DNA of 64,000 nucleotides, from positions 3,312 through 67,311 of the forward strand of contig JBHHYU010000004.1 in assembly GCA_046757725.1 (NCBI GenBank). The letters are read 5' to 3'. The translations under genes and the position numbers were made by a program. The stretch is from Candidatus Binatia bacterium. Lineage in GTDB: Bacteria > Desulfobacterota > Binatia > UBA9968. The stretch's first letter is position 1. Every line of letters begins with the position of its first letter. The notes under the pieces are model-generated. The model ran no database searches, was not told the DNA's origin, and saw nothing but the letters and a program-made list of their open reading frames with translations. Below, piece after piece: positions 39,472-49,386 of the stretch.

Positions 39472-40710
39472 TCACAGTCTTGGTACCTTGAGTATCTGGC
39501 CGATGTTAATGAGGTGAACACGCCGTATCCCGTTGAGATCTCGTATCTTGCGCACCGAGGTCCGATAACGCCTGGCAATCTCAGAAAGTGTTTCCCCTGC
39601 CGTCACCCGGTGACGCATTATAGGGGTCTGCGTAAACTCACGGTAAGCCGTAGCCAGCGATGGTAATTCTTCTTGAGGAGCCTTCACTCGATACCCACGC
39701 GGAATAATCCTAATCCTAGGAGACAAGGCCGGGTTCCATTCCAGAAAGCGCTTACGGGGAATGTCGGTTCCCCTCAGCAGGGTTGCAACGGATATGGCCT
39801 CTCCGGTCTCAAACTCTTCCAAGCGAAACGGACGGTGGTATTTGAGTTCAGGAAAATATTCCTCAGCTCCTTCTGCTACCTCCACGGCAGCCAGAAACTC
39901 AGCATAGAAATTTTTTGAGGCAAAGCCAAAGGAACGGCTCTCGTAGCGCCGAATGATCTCTGCTAGATCCTTGGAGGCCAGCTTTGCTATAGCGCGAGAG
40001 ATTCCGCTCCTGCCGTGGTTGTAGGCAGTAATGGCTAGGGGCCAGTTGCCGAAGAGTTCATAGTTTTCTTTGAGTAACCACGCGGCAGCCCGGGTGGATT
40101 CCAAAGGATCCCTCCTTTCATCCACCCGACGATTGATACGGAGATACCGTCTGCCCGTAGATCGCATAAACTGCCAAATTCCCACGGCCCCTGCATGCGA
40201 GCGCGCTCGAGTATTAAAGGATGACTCTACCAGCGGCAGATAGGCCAATTCGATGGGAAGGCCCTCCTCTTGGAAAATCCGTTGCATCTGTTCCAGGTAG
40301 CTGCGAGATCGCTCGAGACCCAATGCAAATTGCTCTTTTACACCCCGTTGGACCCTCACCCTATTTTTGTCTATCCCGCGCTCGGAGTATATCTTCTTGC
40401 GCTCTCTCCTTATCAGCCGACGAGTCCTTCTGGCGCTTCCTGCATCCAGGACTTTGTAGATAGTCGTTGGATCAAGCGGGTCGAAAAATATCAGTTCGGA
40501 GGAGCTGTACTGGGTAAAGACAAGCTTCCAGAATTCCACCGAATCCTCAAGATCGGGAAAGCGCGGGAATGGGGAGTCACTCCTAGGGACTTCCCTGCCG
40601 GCTAGATGACCGGGGGTGGAAACAAACAAAAAGATTAAAAATATGGCTAAAAGCCTGGCCAAAAATTTCATAGTCTTCAAGAGCAAAGACTTGACTATGG
40701 CAAGGCTCAT
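39472..40710 (-). CDS. Lytic transglycosylase with LysM domain (MltD-like)
   Basis: LVESSF, AVGIWQFM, AYNHG, C-terminal LysM GETLSEIARRY. Confidence 0.88.
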   Translation of the reverse strand: MSLAIVKSLLLKTMKFLARLLAIFLIFLFVSTPGHLAGREVPRSDSPFPRFPDLEDSVEFWKLVFTQYSSSELIFFDPLDPTTIYKVLDAGSARRTRRLIRRERKKIYSERGIDKNRVRVQRGVKEQFALGLERSRSYLEQMQRIFQEEGLPIELAYLPLVESSFNTRARSHAGAVGIWQFMRSTGRRYLRINRRVDERRDPLESTRAAAWLLKENYELFGNWPLAITAYNHGRSGISRAIAKLASKDLAEIIRRYESRSFGFASKNFYAEFLAAVEVAEGAEEYFPELKYHRPFRLEEFETGEAISVATLLRGTDIPRKRFLEWNPALSPRIRIIPRGYRVKAPQEELPSLATAYREFTQTPIMRHRVTAGETLSEIARRYRTSVRKIRDLNGIRRVHLINIGQILKVPRL

Positions 40711-41071
40711 GCCAAGCCAATGGAACTAGATAACTATTTGATTTCATGGGATTTTCCTAGAGAAGCCATGTAGCCTTCCTCCTTTTTAGGGACAAAAATG
40801 GGCAACAATGGACAAATTGAACGTTTAGAGGCAATCCTAAGGATGGATACTGAACACTACCACTTCGTTTCTAGGCAAGACCGGGTCGGTCGCCGCTTAG
40901 TTTGGTAACCGAACAAGCGTGCATGCCGTGCAACCAGGAGTCGAAAGCATCAGGGGTGCTTGAGGGCTTTTTGAAGTGGGCGTGGAGGGAGAGATTTACC
41001 AAAGGTATGATCTCTTGATAGCTGGCTGTTTTGGGAAAACGCATCGCTCCGAGTCGATGCCTCGGGTTCGT

Positions 41072-41440
41072 TTAGGGAACCGGAGTGAAATCGGTCTCGG
41101 ACCAATGGCCGGGTTCTAGAATCAAAACACCGAATGCGCTCTCGATCCACCGTGGGGGGACATAGGTTTTTTTTGTCAACTTGACGGAAGATTTTTGATC
41201 TCGGGGAGTGGGCGTGGGAGAGTGCTGGATCGTCTGGGATATACTAATGTCTCTGCTGACAGAACCGGAGAAATGGTGAAACGGATGATGGAAATGGTCT
41301 AAAGCGCTGCCGCGGCGCATGGGAGCGCGCTTTGCGGGCCGGATACGGGGGGCTTCTCCACCGAAGGCCAAATGCGAGGTCGGCAAAAGCCAAACGAGAA
41401 TTGCGAAACCACCTAGAATCTCGGCGATCCTTGACTTCAT
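41072..41440 (-). CDS. Hypothetical secreted protein
   Basis: GGAGG RBS, signal-like N-terminus, YVPPRW..PGHW. Confidence 0.5.
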   Translation of the reverse strand: MKSRIAEILGGFAILVWLLPTSHLAFGGEAPRIRPAKRAPMRRGSALDHFHHPFHHFSGSVSRDISISQTIQHSPTPTPRDQKSSVKLTKKTYVPPRWIESAFGVLILEPGHWSETDFTPVP

Positions 41441-41665
41441 ACCTCCTCACCTTCTACCCGTTTCTGTTACAAAGGTCAACGGATCCGCCCGTTGTGAGGC
41501 CATCGAAGGACAGACTTATTGGCTCCGGCCGGAAGGTTTTCTCCTAAGGAAACACGGGTTTTGACGTAGAGCCCCATTTGGCTTGACGGCATCAATCTCG
41601 GTGTGCAAAGATCTGCGCGAACCAGATTATATAGTAAACTTCCCAATTAGAAGGAGGTAAAAGCA

Positions 41666-42202
41666 ATGCGCGTCATTCCAGAGCTTGTCAAGGTGGTGAA
41701 AGATCAGAATCAACCACGCACCGGCACAAGGCCTAGCGTAGGAACCATTCGTGTGGATATCAAGCATCAGGAGCAAAAGACCTTTGACGTGGTCTTTAAG
41801 ACGGAGGATAAGGCATTTGAGGTGTTGATCGATGAACCTGCCGTACGAGGAGGACAGAGCCGAGGTCCGACCCCTCTGGGTTATTTTGTGACAGGAGCGG
41901 GTGGTTGACTGATGATGCAATATGCCAGTGTGGCAATGAAAAAGGGAGTTCCCATCGATACCATGAAGATGACAGTGCGCGGCCACCACTCACGCGAGTC
42001 AAGGGCCTTCAAGGACATGATCTTTGAGATTCGTCTGGAGGGCAGTGCTTCAACGGAACAGGCAGAAGGCTTGGCGCGCGAGGCAAGCGCTCGCTGTTTT
42101 GTTGAGAACACCTTAGCGAAGGCGATTCCTCTTACTACTGAAGTTTACCTGAACGGGAGTAAATTTCTGACTCTAGCACGGGGTCCGGAGGCAGTGCCGT
42201 AA
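41666..42202 (+). CDS. OsmC-like protein with in-frame UGA (41906-41908), probable selenoprotein, 178 aa
   Basis: DEP..GG..GPTPLGYF..GAGG-UGA-LMMQ continues in frame to ARCFVENTL; hairpin 3' of the UGA. Confidence 0.8.
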
Positions 42203-42504
42203 GAATCCTGATTTCTTACAGGGCTGCGCTCTATAAGAACTCGAATGATTTTTCAGTGCGCCATGGCTCTGTTCTGAAACCCACATCATCCGAACTGGGC
42301 CTCGATCCTGGAGCTATCGGGATCAGATGTCCGGAAATCATTCCTCCTTTGCTTTTGCCCTTTCTCCAGTAAAAGAATCATCCTTCCATGCCCTGATGTA
42401 AACCCCCTTCCTGGGCCAGTGACATGGCTGGTTGCATTCCACATTTGAGTTCTATAGCATCTCACCAACTCAACTCGGAGAGTTGACGGATCAAGGGGGG
42501 TAAG

Positions 42505-45240
42505 ATGAAACGTTTCACGACCTTGTTATTCTTCATAGTCTTGTTTCTTTTCGTATTTCTCGGCCAAGCGGTCTCGCTTTACACGGACTGGCTCTGGTTC
42601 GAGGCGGTCGGCTTCACGCAAGTCTTTACTACCACACTGACCTTCAAGGTTGTCTTGGCAGTGGTCTTCGGTGGGCTTTTTTTCATGGTGCTCTATTTGA
42701 ACGTCAAGCTGGCGGCCCAAGCACCATCGGAGGTTCGTTTTGCGGATGAGGAAAATGCCATTGAGCTACCCAGTCCGGAACTCATCGATCCGTTAGTCCG
42801 GCGGTTGCTCTTGCCGGCAACTATTCTTCTGGGACTTTTTGCCGCACCCCAGGCAGCCGGCCACTGGTCATCCTTGCTCCTTTTCTTCAACTCGGTTCCC
42901 TTTGGGCAACTGGATCCTCTCTTCGGCCACGATATCAGCTTCTATGTTTTTCGCTTGCCGGCTCTGACGGCGCTCTACAATTGGCTTACCGTGACCCTGG
43001 GGTTTACCTTTTTAGCCACAGCTTTCGCTTATTTGCTTTACCGGGGTCTCCAGTACACGCAAAAAGGACTCTTCCTCAACGAAAGGGCACGAACTCATCT
43101 TTTCAGTTTGGTTGCCGCCATTCTGCTGACAAAGGCTTTTGGCTACTTCTTGGACACCTTTGGCCTTCTCTATTCACCGCGGGGGGCTGCCTTCGGGGCC
43201 AGCTATGTGGATGTCTACGCCTCCCTACCCGTTTTGCGAATTTTGACTTTTTTGGCCGTGATTGCTGCCGTCCTCTGCCTGGTCCAGATTTCTCGCCCGG
43301 GGTTTAAGTACCTTTTTGCAGGCCTAGGGGCCTTGATTGTGGTTCATCTCGTAGGGTTGAATTTCTACCCATCTCTTCTCCAGCGCTTTCGGGTAGTACC
43401 TAATGAAATCGTTGCAGAAACGCCGTTCATCAAGCGTAATATTAAATTCACACGGCAAGCCTATGGTTTGGATAAGGTCGAGGTCAAAGATTTCCCCGCG
43501 GAGGAAGAACTCACCGCTGCCGAGCTGCAGAGCAACGAAATGACCATTAAAAACGTCAGGCTCTGGGAGCGCCGCCCCTTGTTGGCGACTTACGGCCAGC
43601 TCCAGGAGATCCGCACCTATTACAATTTTGTCGATGTCGACAAGGACCGCTACCGGATCGATGGTACCTACCGTCAGGTCATGCTTTCGGCGCGAGAGCT
43701 CTCTCACGAGCATCTGCCGAACCGCAACTGGATCAATGAACATCTCACCTACACACACGGCTTCGGTGCAGTTGTCGGACCTGTCAACGAGGTTACGCCG
43801 GAGGGTTTGCCGGAATTCTTTGTCAAGGACATCCCGCCGGTATCGATTGGGCCTATGAAGATCACCCGCCCCGAGATCTACTATGGGGAGAAGGCCAACG
43901 ATTATGTTTTCGTAAAGACCAAAGCCAAGGAACTCGACTACCCCTCAGGGGATCAGAATATTTATACCACGTACAAAGGCACGGGAGGTGTCTCTCTTCA
44001 CTCGTTCTGGCGAAAGGTCCTCTTCTCCATCCGCTATACAACTCTGAGAATCGCCCTTTCCGATGATATTACCAGCGAAAGCCGTATTCTCTACTACCGC
44101 CAGATGGAAGAGAGAGTCAAAAAAATCGCACCTTTTATCACCTTCGATCGGGATCCTTATCTCGTTATTGCTCGGGGTGGTCGGCTTTTCTGGATCATCG
44201 ACGGATATACAACATCGAGGCGCTACCCTTACTCTGAACCGACCGAGAGACTCGGAAGCTACATTCGCAACTCCGTCAAGACCGTTGTCGACGCCTATAA
44301 TGGAACCGTGAGATTTTACCTTAGCGATCCGGATGATCCTATCATCCGGGTTTATGCCAAGATCTTTCCAAACCTCTTTAAACCTCTGGATACGATGCCG
44401 GCTGGTCTCCGGGCTCATATCCGCTATCCCCAAGATCTCTTTGCGATCCAGGCACGTATGTACGCCACTTACCACATGCAGGATCCGCAAGTTTTCTACA
44501 ATAAGGAAGATCTGCTGAGTATCCCGCGTAGGACCGCGGCTACGCGGCAACAGCAAGGTGGCCCCCTCATAGGACAGGTGAGGGAGCCGGTGGTGGAGCA
44601 GGAGATCAATCCTTACTACATTATCATGCGCCTTCCCGGTGAAAAAAAAGAGGAGTTCATTCTCCTGCTTCCATTTACTCCCAACAAGAAAGACAACATG
44701 CGGGCCTGGCTAGCGGCGAGAAGTGATCCGCCTCATTACGGCAAGCTCATTGCGCTGGAGTTTCCCAAGGCGAAATTGATTTACGGACCGAAACAGATCG
44801 ATGCCCGGATCGACCAGGATGCCTTCATATCCCAGCAGCTCAGCCTTTGGGGCCAACGGGGCTCGCAAGTGATCCGAGGGACCGTCCTGGCAATCCCGAT
44901 TGAGAAGTCGCTCCTCTATGTGCAGCCCCTCTACCTGGAGGCAGAGAAAGGATCCCTGCCGGAATTAAAAAGAGTAATCACGGCCTTCGGTAACCGGATC
45001 GCTATGGCCAAGACCCTGGAAGCATCTCTCAAGAAGCTCTTCGGGGGTGGGGCGGTTAAGGAGAGGCCCCAGGTGGCAGCCCTTCATGAAACGGCCAAAG
45101 GGGCGAAAGGCCTGGCTGGCCGTGCCCTGGAACACTACTTACAATCTCAGGGGTTTCTGCGCCAGGGGGAGTGGGCAAAGTTCGGTGAAGAACTGAAGAA
45201 GATGGAAGCGATCCTCAAGGAGATGCAGAAAAATCCCTGA
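42505..45240 (+). CDS. UPF0182 family membrane protein
   Basis: YTDWLWF, DPLFG.DISFY.F.LP, YTHG, YIRNSVK, YVQPLYL. Confidence 0.9.
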   Translation: MKRFTTLLFFIVLFLFVFLGQAVSLYTDWLWFEAVGFTQVFTTTLTFKVVLAVVFGGLFFMVLYLNVKLAAQAPSEVRFADEENAIELPSPELIDPLVRRLLLPATILLGLFAAPQAAGHWSSLLLFFNSVPFGQLDPLFGHDISFYVFRLPALTALYNWLTVTLGFTFLATAFAYLLYRGLQYTQKGLFLNERARTHLFSLVAAILLTKAFGYFLDTFGLLYSPRGAAFGASYVDVYASLPVLRILTFLAVIAAVLCLVQISRPGFKYLFAGLGALIVVHLVGLNFYPSLLQRFRVVPNEIVAETPFIKRNIKFTRQAYGLDKVEVKDFPAEEELTAAELQSNEMTIKNVRLWERRPLLATYGQLQEIRTYYNFVDVDKDRYRIDGTYRQVMLSARELSHEHLPNRNWINEHLTYTHGFGAVVGPVNEVTPEGLPEFFVKDIPPVSIGPMKITRPEIYYGEKANDYVFVKTKAKELDYPSGDQNIYTTYKGTGGVSLHSFWRKVLFSIRYTTLRIALSDDITSESRILYYRQMEERVKKIAPFITFDRDPYLVIARGGRLFWIIDGYTTSRRYPYSEPTERLGSYIRNSVKTVVDAYNGTVRFYLSDPDDPIIRVYAKIFPNLFKPLDTMPAGLRAHIRYPQDLFAIQARMYATYHMQDPQVFYNKEDLLSIPRRTAATRQQQGGPLIGQVREPVVEQEINPYYIIMRLPGEKKEEFILLLPFTPNKKDNMRAWLAARSDPPHYGKLIALEFPKAKLIYGPKQIDARIDQDAFISQQLSLWGQRGSQVIRGTVLAIPIEKSLLYVQPLYLEAEKGSLPELKRVITAFGNRIAMAKTLEASLKKLFGGGAVKERPQVAALHETAKGAKGLAGRALEHYLQSQGFLRQGEWAKFGEELKKMEAILKEMQKNP

Positions 45241-45333
45241 TGGCCTTCATAGCCATCCAGTCTCTAAGACGAAGAACGAGGCAGCTCCTATAAAACTAAC
45301 CGTGCCCTTTGGCATGAGTCTTTACGTGGATAC

Positions 45334-47370
45334 CTACTTTACAGCCGATGACCGGCTTGACGAATTTCCCTCCTTGCCGGTTGTGTATTGACCCGTCTTG
45401 AGAAGGTGTTCGGCCATCTGGAGTAAGGCCACGGCGTCTCTGCTGTAGTTGGCCTGTTCGGAGGTTAAAGGGGCCGGATTCCATGATGGCTCTCCCTGGA
45501 TGCGCTTGTAGGCCGTCTCCATGCCGGTTTCGGTAAATACGGTGAGGTGTGGGCCAAATATCACGCCGTAGCGTTTTTTATTGTAGATCATGATCGCAAG
45601 GCTTTCTTGCGCTCCCGGGCTGAGTACGTCGTTACCGAGAAACGGACTGCGATACTCTCCCCCAAGAATGCCCATGATTGTTGGAGGAAGGTCTATCTGG
45701 CTGGTCACGCGCTGAATCCGTTTCGGCTTGAGAAATCTTGGGGCGAAAAAGAGTGCGGGGACACGATATTCCTCGACCGGGATAAGATCACGTCCGCGAA
45801 GGTGTACCCCGTGATCTCCCACAAAAACGAATAGGGTATCCTCAAAATAGGATGCCCCCTTTGCCTCACGCATGAAACGCCCGAGTGCGTAATCGGCGTA
45901 GAGAAAATTGTTCAGCTCCTCGTATTTAAAGCCGGGGGGTACGGGTGTTTCCAGCGGGAGTGGGACGATGCGGCCTGCGGGATATTCCCACGGCGAGTGT
46001 AACGAGACGGTGAGGATCGTTGCGAAGAAGGGTTGTCTCTGATTTGCAAGCTGTCGGAACTCCTGATTGGCCCGGCGGAACAAATCTTCGTCGGAGACGC
46101 CCCAGGGGCTACGGTACTCGACATTGTCAAAGTCTTTCTCTTCGATGAAAGTGTCGAAGCCGTTTCCTAGAAAAAAGGCCCGCATGCGGTCGAAAATTCC
46201 CTGGCCTCCGTAGAGAAATAGGGTGGAATAGTCGCGTTCCTTTAAGATAGTCGCTAGTGTGCTAAAACCCCGATGGGCTTGAGGACGATTGACGACACCG
46301 TGGCCGGGGAGGGGCGGGAATGATGATACGGCCGCTTCCAGTGCTTGTATCGTACGCTCGCCCGTGGCATAGCAGCATTCGAGAAGCGCTCCCTCTGCGG
46401 ACAAACGGTCCAATTCGGGGGAGAGGGCCGGTGTGCCGCCCAGGGCACCAATGAGACGGCTCGTAAAGCTTTCCATGACCACAAGAACGACATTGACCGG
46501 ATGATGCCCACCATAGCCTCGGACCCGACGAACCAAGGGGTTGGGCGAGTCGTGCGTCAGTGGTCCTCGTATGGAAAGATAGGTGCCTGCCCGGCGGAGG
46601 GCTTCATTAGATGGAAGAAGCCTTATTACCGATTTCAAGTCCGTTTGATCCCGCCGAGACCGGCGGCTCCATTCGTAGAGAACGTTAAAAATTCCGCAGG
46701 ATGCAATTTCGTTGGCTACGCGGTTCGATGTTACCATCGCTGCGCTCGGGTTGAGAGGGCGATGGTCCAAGGTCCCACGTGCAGCGAGCGCTGCAAGCAA
46801 GCAACAAAAAACTGTTCCCAATTGATCTAAAAACCAAGGAAAAGGGCCATAAAACGATTCCGTCCCCTCTAAAGATAACCCCTTGATCTCCGCGACTAAG
46901 GAAACAACACCGGCCGTTCCGGCCGCGCTTAGAAACAACATCCACGCGATAGGGTAGGCCTTTGCGATGGTTCGAAGCACCTCTAGGTCCAATCCATGCT
47001 CAAGGACAAGGTAGTTGGGGCGGAGATCGTAATAGCGAAAGAAATAGACTCCGGCTATTTCCGCCAGAAACAACCCAAAGAAGAGGATTCCAGCATAGAC
47101 CAGCAGTGCCGACTGGACTATTTCTAGCCACTCCTCGACCGAGAAAAGCAGGGCCACAATGAGTATTAAAAAGCCCTTGCCAACAACGGTCCCGTCGAGG
47201 CGAAAACCGATCCAAAATAGCCTGAGACGTTCCACCAAAGAGAGATCAGTAAGATCGGAGGCCCGTTCGTAATAGAGCCATAGCCGAAACCCTGAAAGAA
47301 TCGCCATGGCCGTCAAGACGACTGAGATAGAGAAAACGGTTCGGGGCATGGCATACAAAAGGTTAGACAT
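45334..47370 (-). CDS. LTA synthase / phosphoglycerol transferase family (membrane anchor plus sulfatase-fold domain)
   Basis: About 5 TM segments then VVMES, candidate catalytic Thr in GERT, TVSLHSP, GDHG. Confidence 0.85.
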   Translation of the reverse strand: MSNLLYAMPRTVFSISVVLTAMAILSGFRLWLYYERASDLTDLSLVERLRLFWIGFRLDGTVVGKGFLILIVALLFSVEEWLEIVQSALLVYAGILFFGLFLAEIAGVYFFRYYDLRPNYLVLEHGLDLEVLRTIAKAYPIAWMLFLSAAGTAGVVSLVAEIKGLSLEGTESFYGPFPWFLDQLGTVFCCLLAALAARGTLDHRPLNPSAAMVTSNRVANEIASCGIFNVLYEWSRRSRRDQTDLKSVIRLLPSNEALRRAGTYLSIRGPLTHDSPNPLVRRVRGYGGHHPVNVVLVVMESFTSRLIGALGGTPALSPELDRLSAEGALLECCYATGERTIQALEAAVSSFPPLPGHGVVNRPQAHRGFSTLATILKERDYSTLFLYGGQGIFDRMRAFFLGNGFDTFIEEKDFDNVEYRSPWGVSDEDLFRRANQEFRQLANQRQPFFATILTVSLHSPWEYPAGRIVPLPLETPVPPGFKYEELNNFLYADYALGRFMREAKGASYFEDTLFVFVGDHGVHLRGRDLIPVEEYRVPALFFAPRFLKPKRIQRVTSQIDLPPTIMGILGGEYRSPFLGNDVLSPGAQESLAIMIYNKKRYGVIFGPHLTVFTETGMETAYKRIQGEPSWNPAPLTSEQANYSRDAVALLQMAEHLLKTGQYTTGKEGNSSSRSSAVK

Positions 47371-47647
47371 GGCTATATCAGCTATACGAAATCAAATGAG
47401 TTCGACCACGAGGTTAGAAACCCGATCCGTCGAGGTACCTGCCGCAAGCCGGGGCGTAGCTAGTAATGAATGAGTTCGTCGGAACAGAATACCAAGCCCT
47501 ACCCATTTTCTAGTCGTTGATCGCCGGATCTGTAAAATGGACCGTAAATCTTGGGTTCATCGGCTCATTCGTATTGCCCTGTATGTATTACGTCTCCTGT
47601 AATCGGTGTGATGAGCTGGCGACGCAAAATGGAAGCGCCGCCATGGG

Positions 47648-49045
47648 CTAGAGGCCGAAAAGGGAAAGGAAAAATACGGCCTGTTCTGGCATTGTCACAC
47701 TGGCTTTAAGATTCCAGAAATTGATCAGGCTGAAAAAGGTCCAGACCCCTGTTATCTTCCTGACCCGGCGGAATCTCGCGACCCCCGGGGTTATAGCATG
47801 GGGCTTCCCTCTCTGCTTCTGTTGACGGAGCATGGAAACGGAGACCCCGACAGCGAGACAAAAACAGTAAACAAAGCGAGGCCCTAGAATGTGCCAGATC
47901 CTGTCGAGGTCCCCGGCGACGAGAGGATTTTTGGCCTGTATCAGGTGGTAATACATGTTGCCTACCAAAGCGGCGGCGAAGATCGCGGTGATCATTCGCA
48001 GTCGGGGCGATTTTCGAAAGTGTCGCAGGTAGGTGGGGAAAAAGAAAAACTCTACCAACAACTCCTTAAAATAATAGTAATACCTGTTCCAAAAATCAAC
48101 GATGGACTCCGCCAGCAGAGGTTTATAAGTGTTGCGAAAGACGTTGAAGCCAAAAAGTCGCAACATTCCGATCCATAGGTGACCCCGGGCTGCGAGTTTT
48201 AGAGTGGCCCATATCAAATCGAAGTACAAGCTGACCCAGGTGGTCAATAGAGAAACCGTTACAGTCCCATTGACGATCGATTTCATTCGAGGGATCTCCA
48301 GACTGTAACCTCCCAGGAGGCTCGTCAGTGGATTTTTTGGATTACCATAGACGAGGCTGCCCATAAGAAGGAGCAGCAGTTTCCACAACAGGGCCAGAAG
48401 AAGCAGTTTAAGTCCCGCTAACAGGGAGCGAGCGTACGCTTCAGGGGATCGGGCTTCACACTCGGACAGGTAATCAAGACCCTTCCCTGCCGGGGTGTTT
48501 GTGCCGTCCCAGATGGGAAAGAGATAGAACAAGTGATCACGAAATCCGGTACCGCTTACCTTCCCGCGCTGGCCTGAGATTACCATGTAGCCGCACCGCC
48601 AAAGGAGATACGGGAGAGAGACACCCATGAGGGTTATCACTTCCTTCCACAGCCCTCCATCATCGGGTGTAACCCAGATGATCACCACTGTTGCCCAGAA
48701 AAAAACGTGAAGTGAGGTTTGCGGGCGGCGTTTAATACCGGCTGGCAGCCTGCTGAAGCGTGTTGCCGCAAGGTAAAGCAGGTAGACCAGTCCGAAAATG
48801 AGAGGCACTACGACCAAAGGCGCAAGCCAGGTTGTTACTGCACGGTAGTCAGCCCACTGAGCATGCCTGTGAAGGAGACCCAGGACACCGGCCATAATCG
48901 CGCCTAGGAACAGAACTTGCCTTCGAATTTTCGGTGTCAACAGGATGGTCCACCAACGGGTTTGCACCCAAGCAATGATCCGTTTGTTCTCGTGAAACTG
49001 GGAAATGGCCCGGTAGGCTTCACAAAAGTTCTTGATCTTCGTCAT
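47648..49045 (-). CDS. MBOAT family membrane-bound acyltransferase
   Basis: N.YKP..AESIVDFWNRY, candidate catalytic His in GNMYYH; multiple TM segments. Confidence 0.7.
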   Translation of the reverse strand: MTKIKNFCEAYRAISQFHENKRIIAWVQTRWWTILLTPKIRRQVLFLGAIMAGVLGLLHRHAQWADYRAVTTWLAPLVVVPLIFGLVYLLYLAATRFSRLPAGIKRRPQTSLHVFFWATVVIIWVTPDDGGLWKEVITLMGVSLPYLLWRCGYMVISGQRGKVSGTGFRDHLFYLFPIWDGTNTPAGKGLDYLSECEARSPEAYARSLLAGLKLLLLALLWKLLLLLMGSLVYGNPKNPLTSLLGGYSLEIPRMKSIVNGTVTVSLLTTWVSLYFDLIWATLKLAARGHLWIGMLRLFGFNVFRNTYKPLLAESIVDFWNRYYYYFKELLVEFFFFPTYLRHFRKSPRLRMITAIFAAALVGNMYYHLIQAKNPLVAGDLDRIWHILGPRFVYCFCLAVGVSVSMLRQQKQRGKPHAITPGVARFRRVRKITGVWTFFSLINFWNLKASVTMPEQAVFFLSLFGL

Positions 49046-49296
49046 GTTGTTTCACGTTGAATCAGATCAAGAATAGTCGTGACCGAGTGGAGTTCCCCGG
49101 GATCGATGCCTTTTTCGCGGAAGTCGATGTTGTAGGTCTCCTCGAGGTAAACAACGATTTGCAGCACAGCCAGAGAATCGATGAGACCAGATTGAATCAA
49201 ACTCTGGGTCTCATCGATGTCGCCGATCGGGTGATCCGGTCTCTGGATTGTCCGGAGGAATCGAATCAAGTCGGCTTTGCGCTGTGATTGATCCAT
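49042..49296 (-). CDS. Acyl carrier protein
   Basis: GLIDSL phosphopantetheine site; acidic, 84 aa; overlaps the MBOAT start. Confidence 0.85.
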   Translation of the reverse strand: MDQSQRKADLIRFLRTIQRPDHPIGDIDETQSLIQSGLIDSLAVLQIVVYLEETYNIDFREKGIDPGELHSVTTILDLIQRETT

Positions 49297-49386
49297 TGTC
49301 GACTTATCCTGCTAACCGGCATACCGCGAGGATGTGTTAGAAAATAGGGCACGGAAGTAGCGATGATTCTTGCGCCGGCACCACAT

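Noticed and set aside
40734-40790. 11-codon uORF (MASLGKSHEIK) with strong RBS upstream of the lytic transglycosylase
   Set aside because: Too short to support; no attenuator structure or informative codon bias seen
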